Shown: positions 37,709 through 46,279 of the stretch, piece after piece
Numbering within the stretch: position 1 is the stretch's first letter
How the letters are laid out: each line of letters begins with the position of its first letter
IMG/VR virus record: IMGVR_UViG_2862784999_000001
Coordinates: 1-64,000 of that record
Origin: a virus
Taxonomy: Duplodnaviria; Caudoviricetes
Reading direction: 5' to 3' (one strand)
DNA length: 64,000 nucleotides
Notes under the pieces: generated by a model
Told to the model about the DNA's origin: nothing
What the model saw: only the letters and a program-made list of their open reading frames with translations
Database searches by the model: none
Program-made: the position numbers and the translations under genes

Positions 37709-37903
37709 TTACTCGGCGGCTTCACGGCCGTCGAGGCTGTGGTGGGTGTAGACCCAGCCGTCGGATCCGTCACCCATCGGGCTGGGGCTGGGCGTGGGTC
37801 CGCACGGGCAGAGGTCGGTGAGGTCGCGGACGAGCAGGTCGTCGAGCGGGGCGACGTGGACTTCGTTGCCGCCGGTCTGCTTGGCCAGCCACTGCCCGCT
37901 CAT
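37709..37903 (-). CDS. Small His/Cys-rich hypothetical protein
   Basis: HVAPLDDL...CPCGP...HHSLDGRE; ATGA-coupled to the epimerase gene. Confidence 0.65.
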   Translation of the reverse strand: MSGQWLAKQTGGNEVHVAPLDDLLVRDLTDLCPCGPTPSPSPMGDGSDGWVYTHHSLDGREAAE

Positions 37904-38766
37904 GCGGCGAGCGCCCGCGCGATGCCTTCTTCGAGGCTGACGCGAGGCTGGTACACGTCGAGCATCCGCTTCGGGTCGCACACGCGGTGGTGGACGCCTT
38001 GGGGTGCGGTGGCGAGGTGCTTCAACTCGGGCTGGTAGCCGGCTGCGATAGTGACGAGGCCGGCGAGTTCGTCGAAGCTGGTCGCCCTGCCCCAGCCGAT
38101 GTTCATCGGCCCGGTGGCGTCCTGGTCGACGGCTGCGAGGGTGGCGCCGACGAGATCCGAGATGTGCACCCAGTCGCGCGTGCTACTGCCGTCGCCCCAG
38201 ATCTCGAACGGATCCTGCCGCTCGCGGGCCCGGCGGATGAACGCGGGGAACGGGTAGCAGTCGTCTTGATCTTCGCCGTAGCCGGAGAACGGCCGCAACG
38301 AGTGGACGCGGCAGCCTTCGGCTTCGGCGTACTGGGCGAGCTGCTCCCCCGCGAGCTTGGCGAGCCCGTAGGTCGCGTCGGGTCGTCCGGGCTGCTCGTA
38401 GTTGATGTCCGTCTCGACGAGCCGGTGGATCTCGCCGGGCTGCTGAAGCGCGACCGGGTAGGCGGCTGAGCTGGAGAAGTAGACGGCGCGCGGGGTGCCG
38501 GTGCGGATCAGCCACCGGAAGTACCAGGCGTCCAGCGCTAGATTGGTGGCGACCCCGAGCGGCGATCCGTCGATGCTGGCCCGGCCGCCGACGACTGCCG
38601 CGCAGTGAATGGCGAGGTCGTAGGGCCGCTGGTCGAAGCGGTACAGATCGAGTGCGTCGCGGCCGTCGATGAGGTCGACGCCGGTGACATCGTCGCCTCG
38701 CTCGTCGAGTGCGGCGTGCAGGTGGCGGCCGACGAAGCCCCGGTGGCCGGTGAGGAGAACGCGCAT
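37900..38766 (-). CDS. NAD-dependent nucleotide-sugar epimerase/dehydratase (extended SDR)
   Basis: LLTGHRGFVG (GxxGxxG), FSSSAAY, YGLAK (YxxxK), IWGDGSSTRDWVHISD. Confidence 0.93.
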   Translation of the reverse strand: MRVLLTGHRGFVGRHLHAALDERGDDVTGVDLIDGRDALDLYRFDQRPYDLAIHCAAVVGGRASIDGSPLGVATNLALDAWYFRWLIRTGTPRAVYFSSSAAYPVALQQPGEIHRLVETDINYEQPGRPDATYGLAKLAGEQLAQYAEAEGCRVHSLRPFSGYGEDQDDCYPFPAFIRRARERQDPFEIWGDGSSTRDWVHISDLVGATLAAVDQDATGPMNIGWGRATSFDELAGLVTIAAGYQPELKHLATAPQGVHHRVCDPKRMLDVYQPRVSLEEGIARALAA

Positions 38767-39365
38767 CAGCCGGCTGCCTTGACGGCCCGGTAGACGCCCC
38801 AAGGCAGGTGGCTGTCGATGGGCTCCAGTCCGATCCGCGCGCACGCCTCGTCCTGCTGTTCCTTGGACCAGGTGGTGACGCCGATCCAGCTGTCGGCTTC
38901 GGCGGGCTGGTCGCTGAGTGGCCAGTCGAGGACGAGGATCCCGCCGAGTTTCGTCGCGGCCCGCAGCTTGGCGACGATGTTGAGGCAGTCGCTGTAGCTG
39001 TGGTGGATGAGGACGGCGAGGCTGTAGACGGCGTCCATTCGGCGGCGGCCGAGGTGCTTGGCGATGCCGTCGGCGTCTGCGAGGACGGCGTCAGCGTCGG
39101 GGAGGCGTTCGGCGAGCCGTTCGAGCATGCGTGGCGAGGAGTCGACGGCGGTCACCTCGTAGCCGAGGACGGTCATGGGGATGGCGACGCGGCCGTCACC
39201 GCAGCCGAAGTCGAGCACCTTCGCCCCGTCGGGGATGACGGTGGCGAGCATCTCCGCCTGGTCCTGCCCGGACTCCCAGTACGCGTCTTCGGACACGCGG
39301 CGGAGCGGGTGAATCGCTTCGGGGTCGGCCTGATCCCAGGCCTGGATGACAGCTTCGGCGGTCAC
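38766..39365 (-). CDS. Class I SAM-dependent methyltransferase
   Basis: VLDFGCGDGR, AVDSSPRML, DAVYSLAVLIH, GGILVLD. Confidence 0.92.
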   Translation of the reverse strand: MTAEAVIQAWDQADPEAIHPLRRVSEDAYWESGQDQAEMLATVIPDGAKVLDFGCGDGRVAIPMTVLGYEVTAVDSSPRMLERLAERLPDADAVLADADGIAKHLGRRRMDAVYSLAVLIHHSYSDCLNIVAKLRAATKLGGILVLDWPLSDQPAEADSWIGVTTWSKEQQDEACARIGLEPIDSHLPWGVYRAVKAAG

Positions 39366-40072
39366 GCTGCCTCCTCGACGAGCTTCCGCAGCTTGACGAG
39401 GTCGGCTTCGAGCCCGCCGTTGTCGCGGTAGTCGATGTAGGCGGCGCCGTCAGCCTGGGAGCGTTCCGGGCTGTTGCAGTCCTCGTAGACGGCGTCGAGG
39501 CTGGCCTTCCCGGCGGCCGGGTGCAGGTGCTCGATGACCATGTCGTCGAGGTAGGTGATCCGTCCCATGCCCTTCCCCCAGTCGAGCCAGACGAGGTCGA
39601 GGCAGAGGTGGACGAGCTGTGGCGGCGCCATGTAGTCCAGCGTCGTGACGATGTCGGAGGTCATTGCGACGGCGGTGGCCATGGCTTGGCCTTGGAGCAG
39701 GTCGTTGCCGTAGACGATGCCGGGGCCGCCGGACAGGCACTCCCGGATCCGGGCGTCCCACGCCATCGTTGCGGCCCGGGGCCGGTGGTCGTCGCCCATG
39801 AAGGCGAGGTACCGGTAGTTGGGGGCGTTCTTCACCGCGGCCTGGTTGAGGGTGCCGCACAGCCGCTTCCGCGCCCAGAACACAAACCGCACCCGCTGGT
39901 CGTCGGCGAGATCCTTCGCCAGCGCCTTGTACGCGGCAAGCTCCGGATCGTCCTTGTCGACACAGAACAGCAGGTCGGCGGTCGCCCCGGTGTCGTCCCA
40001 CGCCTGCACGATCTCGGGCACGGCCTGGGGTCGGCCGCGGGTGGGGATGATGACGAGCAGGTCGTCGGCCAT
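39362..40072 (-). CDS. GT-A fold (family 2-like) glycosyltransferase
   Basis: LLVIIPTRGRP, FMGDDH (DxD-like), IEHLHP. Confidence 0.88.
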   Translation of the reverse strand: MADDLLVIIPTRGRPQAVPEIVQAWDDTGATADLLFCVDKDDPELAAYKALAKDLADDQRVRFVFWARKRLCGTLNQAAVKNAPNYRYLAFMGDDHRPRAATMAWDARIRECLSGGPGIVYGNDLLQGQAMATAVAMTSDIVTTLDYMAPPQLVHLCLDLVWLDWGKGMGRITYLDDMVIEHLHPAAGKASLDAVYEDCNSPERSQADGAAYIDYRDNGGLEADLVKLRKLVEEAA

Positions 40073-40084
40073 GGCGCGGGCTCC

Positions 40085-40372
40085 TCAGTTGATCGTGAAG
40101 CGCGGGGATTTGATGACGGGCCGCTCTGGTGGGGCCTGGATGCGCACCCAGGTCCGGTAGGTGCCGGGTCCGGGGTCGATGGCGCCGTCGGGGCCGATGA
40201 GGATCATCGCGACGTGATGCCCGTTGTCGGTGCCCCAGGCGGCGGCATGCCAGTCGCCTGGCTCGGGCCGTTCACCGTCTTCGAGGACGGCGACCTCGAC
40301 CGTGTATCCGGCGGGGTCGCCGCTGCCCGCGGTGACGGGGGTCATCAGATATTCGCTGCTCTCGCGTTCCAC
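40085..40372 (-). CDS. Small Ig-like (BppU-like) virion adaptor protein
   Basis: SEYL..PVT...LIGP..G.Y..WVRI..PE.PV; follows the long repeat protein. Confidence 0.6.
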   Translation of the reverse strand: MERESSEYLMTPVTAGSGDPAGYTVEVAVLEDGERPEPGDWHAAAWGTDNGHHVAMILIGPDGAIDPGPGTYRTWVRIQAPPERPVIKSPRFTIN

Positions 40373-40380
40373 CAGACCCC

Positions 40381-43140
40381 CTACGTGTGCGGCTGCTGCG
40401 CTCTCCAGGAGCTGTACGGCGCGCCGGCTTCATGCCGGGGGCGGAGGGTTCCTGCGGCCCAGCGGGTGCGGGGGGCTCCGGCGGTGAGCGTGTCGAGTTG
40501 TTCGACGGGCCCGGGTCCGGTGACGCCGCCTGCCGCGATGAGGGCTGCGAGGACGGCGAGTTGGCCGGTGATTTTCCGCGTGACGGCGGGGGTTGCGCTC
40601 GTCGTCGCTGTGACGGCGAGGCTGGCTGTGCTGGTGACGGCGACAGTCCCGCTGGCGGCCAGGCTCGCGGTGGCGGTGAGCGCGGCGGATCCGTCGCCTG
40701 CAGCGGTAACGGTTCCGTCGGCGGTTGCCGTTGCGGTCGCCGCGAGTTGCGCGCCACCCGCGGTGGCAAGGTCACCGTGGGCGGTCGTGCCCGCGCTGAC
40801 GTCCAGAGTGTCCGCGGGGGCGGAGGTGCCGAGCGCACCTTCGGCTGCTGTCCCCGCGGTAGCTGTGAGGCTCCCGCCGCTGGCCGTTGCGCGGGTTCCC
40901 GCTGCCGCCGCGGTAGCAGTGGCGTCGAGGAGTCCGTTGCCGGCTGCCGCGGTTTGGCCGTCGGCGATGAGGCCAGCGGTTGCCGTGAGGCTGGCCGACG
41001 ATTCGCCTGCCGCGCTGACCGCGCCTGCCGCAGTGGCGGTCGCGGTGGCCGCGAGTACGGCGGCGGCCTGGCTGGACGCTGCCCCGCCGGCTGCCGCTGT
41101 CGCGACGGCGGTCAGGTCTGCCGAGCCTTGTGCGGCTCGAATTCCGTCGCTGGTGGCGGTCGCGGTCGCCGCGAGGTCTGCGGTGCCGGTTCGGCCGGGA
41201 ACGCCCGAGGCGGCCAGGCCTGCCACGGCTGCGAGTTCTCCGCCCGCTGTTGCCGCGACTGTGCCGCTGGCGGATCCGGTTGCGGCGGCGGTGAGGCTGC
41301 CAGCCCCGGTCGCTGCACGGTCGCCGCTGCTCGTGGCGGTGGCCGTGACGGCCAGGTCGCCGGCGAGGTCGCGCCCGACGCTGCCGCTGGCCGCGATGGT
41401 TGCTGTACCCGCGAGGCTGCTCGCTCCGGTGCCTGCGACGGCTCCTGCCGAGGTCGCTGTGCCGGTGGCCGCGAGTGCTGCCTGGCCGCTGGCCGCCCTG
41501 GCGCCTGCGCTGCTCGTCGTCGCAGTGACCGCGAGGCTTCCTACTCCGACCGTGCTGGTGGTACCAGCCGCTGTCGGTGCGGCCGTGGCGGCGAGTGTTG
41601 CTGCCCCTGCCGCTGCGGTCATTCCGGCTGCTGTCGGGGATGCGGTGGCGGTGAGCGTGCCAGCGCTGGCCGTTGCAGACGACCCGGCGGCCGTGAGGGC
41701 TGCGGTCGCGGCGAGCGTGGCGGCACCGGCCGCGTCGCGGGTACCGGTCGCACTGCTGACGGCGGTTGCCGCGAGGGTGGCGCTGCCTGCCGCGGCAACG
41801 GCCCCTGAGGCGGATGCGGTTGCTACTGCGGCGAGGCTTCCACCAGCCGCTGTCGCCCGCTGTCCTGTTGCGGTGGGGCTGGCGGTCGCGGCGAGCGTCC
41901 CGCTGCCCGAGCCGCCGAGAGCGCCGGTTGCTGTCGCGGTGGCGGCGCCGGTGAGGCTTCCGTCGCCGGTGACCGCGTTGACGGGCACGTACTCGACGAG
42001 CGCCCACGCGGTGGAGATGCGGCGGGTAGTGGTCTGAGAGGTGTTGGAGCGGTAGCCGATCTGCGCGTTGGCGAGGGTGGCTGCCGTCCAGGCGGTGCTG
42101 GTCTGCGGATTGCTGTAGGCGGTGAGCTGGTACAGGCGGGGGACGGCCGCTTTGTGCGTCGACCAGCCGTTGACGTTGACGGAAGTCGACGCGGATTCGG
42201 AGACGGTGCCGCCGGACTGGCCTTTGATGCGGGTGACGATGCTCGCTGCGGTGGTGGCGTTGGAGCCGATCCGCACGCCGACGGAGACGAGGCTGATCGC
42301 GTCGGAGGCGCCGATCCCTGCGCTAGTCGGGGAGGTGAGGGTGAAGTCGTCGATCGTGGTGGTGCCCGTGGCGATCGTCGAGTTGTAGCTGGTCGCGTCG
42401 TTGGGCGTGACTTCGTTGACGCGGGTCCAGTTGTTCGCGGCGCCCGCGGTGCCGCCGACGACGGTGGCGAAGCCGTTGTTGTCGCCCTGCCCTGCGGGCT
42501 GGAGGTGGACCACGGTGCCGGGGCCGGGGAGGCCGGTCTGTGCCGTGCCCGTCGTGTCGTTGACGGCGATGTCGTCGATGCAGATGTCCAGCGAGTTCGC
42601 TGACTGGAGGGCGCCGGCACGGACGCGACTGAACCCGTTGATGTTGGTGCACATCTGGTCGCTGACCAGGGTGCCGTCGATGTACAGCTTGAACGCGGAG
42701 GTCCCGGCCGTGATCGTGCCCGCGACGTCGTTGAAGTCCGCTTCGATCCGGTACCACTGGCCGATGCTGAGCGGGCTGGTGGCGGAGCCGAGGTCACTGC
42801 TGGCCTGATCGTCGCGGAGGACCAGGCTGCCGTCGGTCTTCAGCCGGATCATGCCGGGGAAGTAGCCGGACTGGCCGATCCCGTACACATTGCAGTCGGC
42901 GGCCGGGAGCGCGTTGATGTACAGGTAGAAGCGGTGGAATGTCCGCATGACGACACCGCTGGTCAGCTGGTGCTCGATGTAGGACGTGCCCGCGGTCGGG
43001 GTGACGCGCAGGGAGGCCGCGCCGCCGCGGTGGATGCTGGTGGAGATGGCCGGTGAGCCGCCGACGGTGTTGACGTCCTGCGTCTCGACGAGGGCTGTCA
43101 CGGACTGGAGCTCGAAGCCGCACGTCCACATCCGCGCCAC
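40381..43140 (-). CDS. 919-aa virion fibre/scaffold protein: N-terminal lectin-like beta domains plus about 24 x 20-aa Ala/Thr/Gly repeats
   Basis: LamG-like pattern (IGQWYRIE...LYIDG...IDDIAVND); repeat xxxxLxxTAxxxAxGxxxxx; short GxPxxxW-type repeats at the C-terminus. Confidence 0.75.
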   Translation of the reverse strand: MARMWTCGFELQSVTALVETQDVNTVGGSPAISTSIHRGGAASLRVTPTAGTSYIEHQLTSGVVMRTFHRFYLYINALPAADCNVYGIGQSGYFPGMIRLKTDGSLVLRDDQASSDLGSATSPLSIGQWYRIEADFNDVAGTITAGTSAFKLYIDGTLVSDQMCTNINGFSRVRAGALQSANSLDICIDDIAVNDTTGTAQTGLPGPGTVVHLQPAGQGDNNGFATVVGGTAGAANNWTRVNEVTPNDATSYNSTIATGTTTIDDFTLTSPTSAGIGASDAISLVSVGVRIGSNATTAASIVTRIKGQSGGTVSESASTSVNVNGWSTHKAAVPRLYQLTAYSNPQTSTAWTAATLANAQIGYRSNTSQTTTRRISTAWALVEYVPVNAVTGDGSLTGAATATATGALGGSGSGTLAATASPTATGQRATAAGGSLAAVATASASGAVAAAGSATLAATAVSSATGTRDAAGAATLAATAALTAAGSSATASAGTLTATASPTAAGMTAAAGAATLAATAAPTAAGTTSTVGVGSLAVTATTSSAGARAASGQAALAATGTATSAGAVAGTGASSLAGTATIAASGSVGRDLAGDLAVTATATSSGDRAATGAGSLTAAATGSASGTVAATAGGELAAVAGLAASGVPGRTGTADLAATATATSDGIRAAQGSADLTAVATAAAGGAASSQAAAVLAATATATAAGAVSAAGESSASLTATAGLIADGQTAAAGNGLLDATATAAAAGTRATASGGSLTATAGTAAEGALGTSAPADTLDVSAGTTAHGDLATAGGAQLAATATATADGTVTAAGDGSAALTATASLAASGTVAVTSTASLAVTATTSATPAVTRKITGQLAVLAALIAAGGVTGPGPVEQLDTLTAGAPRTRWAAGTLRPRHEAGAPYSSWRAQQPHT
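40513..41967 (-). repeat. About 24 degenerate 60-bp (20-aa) coding tandem repeats
   Basis: Examples: GSGTLAATASPTATGQRATA / AGGSLAAVATASASGAVAAA / GSATLAATAVSSATGTRDAA. Confidence 0.85.
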
Positions 43141-43173
43141 GGCGACCTCCCGACGGTCAGGCCGCGGTCAGGA

Positions 43174-43569
43174 TCAGGAGGCCTGCGGTGAGAGGGAGAG
43201 GCTGAGCGACGTCGCCGTGAACGTGTCGCCCGACGACCACGCCTTCGACGAGCTGAGGGCGACGGAGAACAGGAACGTGCCGCCGGAGGCTGCGGACCAT
43301 ACGGAGATGTCGGTGATCGTCTCGCTGGTGCCGCCGTTCGTCCACGACGGGTTAGTGCCGGTGAGGGCGAGCGCGGACCCGGACGAGGACGCGGCGAACG
43401 TGAAGACGGGCCGGGTCGTCGAGCCGGCGGACACCGCGGTGGTTCCGGCCGCCCCGGGGTTCGCGGTGTGGATCTGCGCGTAGGTGGTGATCGGCCCATA
43501 GGCCGCGCCGGCCGTCCGCAGGGTGTTGAGCCAGCTGGATACCAGGGAGGTGGAGAGGCCCTCAGCCAT
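43174..43569 (-). CDS. Small Ser/Thr-rich beta-sandwich virion fibre subunit
   Basis: QIHTANPGAAG...ETITDISVWSAASGGTFLFS...GDTF resembles a widespread phage structural family. Confidence 0.7.
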   Translation of the reverse strand: MAEGLSTSLVSSWLNTLRTAGAAYGPITTYAQIHTANPGAAGTTAVSAGSTTRPVFTFAASSSGSALALTGTNPSWTNGGTSETITDISVWSAASGGTFLFSVALSSSKAWSSGDTFTATSLSLSLSPQAS

Positions 43570-43678
43570 CGGTGTTCGTCTCCTCTGTGTCGGGAGACGC
43601 GTCGGCCTCCGGCTGCGGGGGGTGGGTGACTTCGCCCTCGGCGTGGAGGGTGATCGTGATCGTGTGCGTGTCGGCCAC
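43562..43678 (-). CDS. 38-aa peptide (not in the ORF track)
   Basis: GGAGG RBS; MADTHTITITLHAEGEVTHPPQPEADASPDTEETNTDG*; overlaps the next start. Confidence 0.5.
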   Translation of the reverse strand: MADTHTITITLHAEGEVTHPPQPEADASPDTEETNTDG

Positions 43679-43723
43679 GGCGGCCTCCGTTCGCGTGAGT
43701 TCCGCTGGGGACGTTCGGGGAGC

Positions 43724-43790
43724 GCCGCCGTTCCGGAGTCGAACCGGGACTGGCCAGCTGTGGACGACAGCCCTCGTCTGCCGACGACGT
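43724..43790 (-). ncRNA. tRNA-like element / degenerate tRNA
   Basis: T-arm CCGG-TTCGACT-CCGG and an acceptor-like pairing CGTCGT/ACGGCG; D and anticodon arms are non-canonical. Confidence 0.35.
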
Positions 43791-43845
43791 CCCGGCTTAG
43801 CGGTCCCGCCGCCCGGCGCTGGGGGCGTAAGAGGCGGCGGGACGA

Positions 43846-44064
43846 TCAGGGGTGTGGGCCTCGGGCGGCGCCAGAGAATGGGAGCTCGGTGGCGTCAGCG
43901 GATCCGAGGTCGTGCTCGGCGACGTGGTCACGCACGACCGCCAGGTCGAACGAGAGGTACATCGTCGAGCCGGACTGGCCCGCGAACGGGACAGCGGACA
44001 CGGGGATATCGAGGCCTGCGGCACAGACGGGACAGGTGATCGTGCTGGTTCCGACTGCTGCCAC
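43846..44064 (-). CDS. Small Zn-finger hypothetical protein
   Basis: GGGAGG RBS; CPVC...H...H. Confidence 0.55.
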   Translation of the reverse strand: MAAVGTSTITCPVCAAGLDIPVSAVPFAGQSGSTMYLSFDLAVVRDHVAEHDLGSADATELPFSGAARGPHP

Positions 44065-44182
44065 GGTCTGCCTCCCATGTGTTGTGCGTCCGCCCCAGAC
44101 CCCCACAGGACTGGGGCGGACGAGGGGGCCGAGCGCGTGGCGCTTCAAGGCCCGGCCTGCGCGACCACCCGCGCAGGGGCTT

Positions 44183-44428
44183 TCAGGCGGCGTGAGCGTC
44201 TGCCTCGCGCGCCGGGATTTTCGGGGGCGGCGTGGGGGTGATGACCCGCTGGGTTTCCTTGTCCCGTTCAGCGGGATCGATCTCCATCAGGTCGTACCGG
44301 GCGTTGCGGCCCTTGCCGTAGACCTTGATGCGCCCTTCGGATGCCCAGCGCCAGATCGTGCCGACGGGACGGCCGGTCCAGTAGGCGGCGTCTGCTGCGG
44401 TAGCGAGTGCGATGGAGGGCACGGTCAC
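44183..44428 (-). CDS. MerR/excisionase-like HTH DNA-binding protein
   Basis: ADAAYWTGRPVGTIWRWASEGRI...ARYDL. Confidence 0.75.
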   Translation of the reverse strand: MTVPSIALATAADAAYWTGRPVGTIWRWASEGRIKVYGKGRNARYDLMEIDPAERDKETQRVITPTPPPKIPAREADAHAA

Positions 44429-44545
44429 CTCCGGGAACGACGAAGGCCACCCGGTGCCGGGTGGCCTCAGCGCGAAGTTCTGCTATCTGAGCAGATGATC
44501 GCTTCGGTGATCGGGTTTTGTCAACCCACCGATGTCAACAGCCCC

Positions 44546-45319
44546 TCACGCCACGTTGCGGCGTTTCTCCGTCAGAGACTTGAGGTCCGCCAGGAGGTAC
44601 AGCTTGGTGCCGCTGGAGTCTTTCAGTAGGTGATGCAGCTTGCCTCTATGGACCCAGACGTGAGCGGTACCAAGCCTGATGCCGAGGGCGCGAGTCCCGG
44701 CTTCCAGCGTGACCAGGTGTGGGGTCATCGGTACGTCGGGAAGCCGCAACCGTCCGGGCTTTTGAGCGAGGTTGGCCAGTGTTGGCCAGCTCGGGTCGGG
44801 CGACCCGTGTGCGGAACGGACGGCTTCGATGTGCGCGTCGAGGATTTCGTCGCGGTGGAAGTACTCGGCTCCACGGCTGATCCGAAGGGCTTTGAACTCC
44901 TCGTGCCTCGCCGCCTCTTCGGGACGTCCGCCCGGCTCCCACGCAAGGACAGCATCAGGGATGAGATTCCCGAAGCGCTTATGCGGCTGCGAGGTGTATC
45001 CGATCTTCACTAGCGACCCGCGCTGCGCGTAGTAGACGATCGACTCCGGGAAACGGCTGGGCTGCCGGTCCGCTTCATTCTGTAGATGGCGCGCATGCTT
45101 GCCGCGTCCCTCTTTGATGGCCTCGGCGATCGTCTCGCTGTCGAACTCTCCGCCCTCGCGTCGGATCCTCTGAAGTTCTGCCGCGATGAACATGAACGCC
45201 GGATCGCTCTGGTCGACTACGCCGATGAGGCTCTGAACGCTTGGGCGCACACCCGCCGACGCGGTTTCCGCTCTCCCGTATGGGCGGGCTAGTGGGGCCT
45301 TGCGGTTACTCTGAACCAT
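44546..45319 (-). CDS. T5orf172/GIY-YIG-like domain protein with C-terminal HTH
   Basis: IVYYAQRGSLVKIGYT..P.KR...E..RH..F...R..GAEYF; C-terminal TRALGI..GT..VWVHRGKL. Confidence 0.75.
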   Translation of the reverse strand: MVQSNRKAPLARPYGRAETASAGVRPSVQSLIGVVDQSDPAFMFIAAELQRIRREGGEFDSETIAEAIKEGRGKHARHLQNEADRQPSRFPESIVYYAQRGSLVKIGYTSQPHKRFGNLIPDAVLAWEPGGRPEEAARHEEFKALRISRGAEYFHRDEILDAHIEAVRSAHGSPDPSWPTLANLAQKPGRLRLPDVPMTPHLVTLEAGTRALGIRLGTAHVWVHRGKLHHLLKDSSGTKLYLLADLKSLTEKRRNVA

Positions 45320-45433
45320 GTCGATCTGCTTTCTCCAGGTCGGCCACGCCCCGGGATCGGTCGCACGATCGCCGGGGTCTCAACTGCCCCAATTCTACCG
45401 TCCTTTGGATCTATTCGGCGGGATTCGCGCAGG

Positions 45434-45655
45434 TCAACGGACGGATGCCGTGTCGCTACGTGGAGCGTTCCGGCAGATCCAGAACAGCAGTGCGGACAGT
45501 CCGCAGATTCCAACGGCGCAGATGATCAATCCGATGCCGCCGATGATGTGTTCCAGGTCGCCCCAGAAGTAGCTGACGCCGAGGGCGCCGACGCCCAGCC
45601 CGAGCAGGCACGTCAATACGGAAAGCACGCATCCGGCGATGTTCGACCCGCTCAC
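45434..45655 (-). CDS. Small 2-TM membrane protein
   Basis: Two hydrophobic stretches; GTGA coupling. Confidence 0.55.
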   Translation of the reverse strand: MSGSNIAGCVLSVLTCLLGLGVGALGVSYFWGDLEHIIGGIGLIICAVGICGLSALLFWICRNAPRSDTASVR

Positions 45656-46110
45656 GGCGCCCACTCCTCGCCCTTGTGGTCGGGGTGCCCGGCGAACGGT
45701 TGGGCGAGCAGACGCAGGGTTCGGCAGGGGTGGCGCTGCGGAGTGCTGCCGCCATGGGTGGGGTACCCCCACCGCCCGTCAACGCAGGTGCCGCAGCTCC
45801 CGTCATTCACGTCTGGGTGCTCTTCGATCAGTGCGAGCTTGGCGTCGAGGTCGGCGATGACGTCGGGGTCGGGTGCTGGCTCCTCGAACTGGGTCATGAC
45901 CGACGCCTCATGGACCTCGTGACCGCACGGGTCGAAGGACCCGAGTGGCCAGCCGATGGATTGGCCGCCCAGGGAGGTCGTCATGCCCGACGTCGGGCGG
46001 GAGCAGACCGGGCAGCACGCTCCGGGCTCCCATGTGCCCCGCACGATCCGCTGCTGACGGTCGCGGGCTTCGGCATACCGGGCGCGCAGAAAGTCGGTGA
46101 TCTCGCTCAT
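45652..46110 (-). CDS. DUF6221-like protein
   Basis: ITDFLRAR...DLDAKLALI..H...PCRTLRLLAQPFAGHPD. Confidence 0.75.
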   Translation of the reverse strand: MSEITDFLRARYAEARDRQQRIVRGTWEPGACCPVCSRPTSGMTTSLGGQSIGWPLGSFDPCGHEVHEASVMTQFEEPAPDPDVIADLDAKLALIEEHPDVNDGSCGTCVDGRWGYPTHGGSTPQRHPCRTLRLLAQPFAGHPDHKGEEWAP

Positions 46111-46279
46111 ATGGCGGCTCGTGGCAACCAGACCCATGCGGCCGGTTCAAGGTCGGGGTCGTCGTCAGCGCTGTCGAACCACGAGTCGAGGCACACCTTG
46201 CAGAGGGGAAACCAGTAGCCCGAGCTGGTCTTCCATCGGGCGACCGTGGGGCCACAGCTGCCGAGATTGATGACGCAGT

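Noticed and set aside
37900-40072. Gtr-type host surface (serotype) conversion cassette
   Set aside because: No flippase or polytopic membrane glycosyltransferase, and the genes lie inside the late structural run; DNA hypermodification is also less likely because no base-hydroxymethylase is seen, but it is not excluded
39521-42037. 838-aa plus-strand Ala/Val/Pro repeat ORF
   Set aside because: Mirror of the minus-strand 20-aa repeat gene; it also overlaps the GT-A and adaptor genes
43724-43790. Functional tRNA gene
   Set aside because: No canonical D arm or 7-nt anticodon loop and the body is too short; kept only as a tRNA-like element
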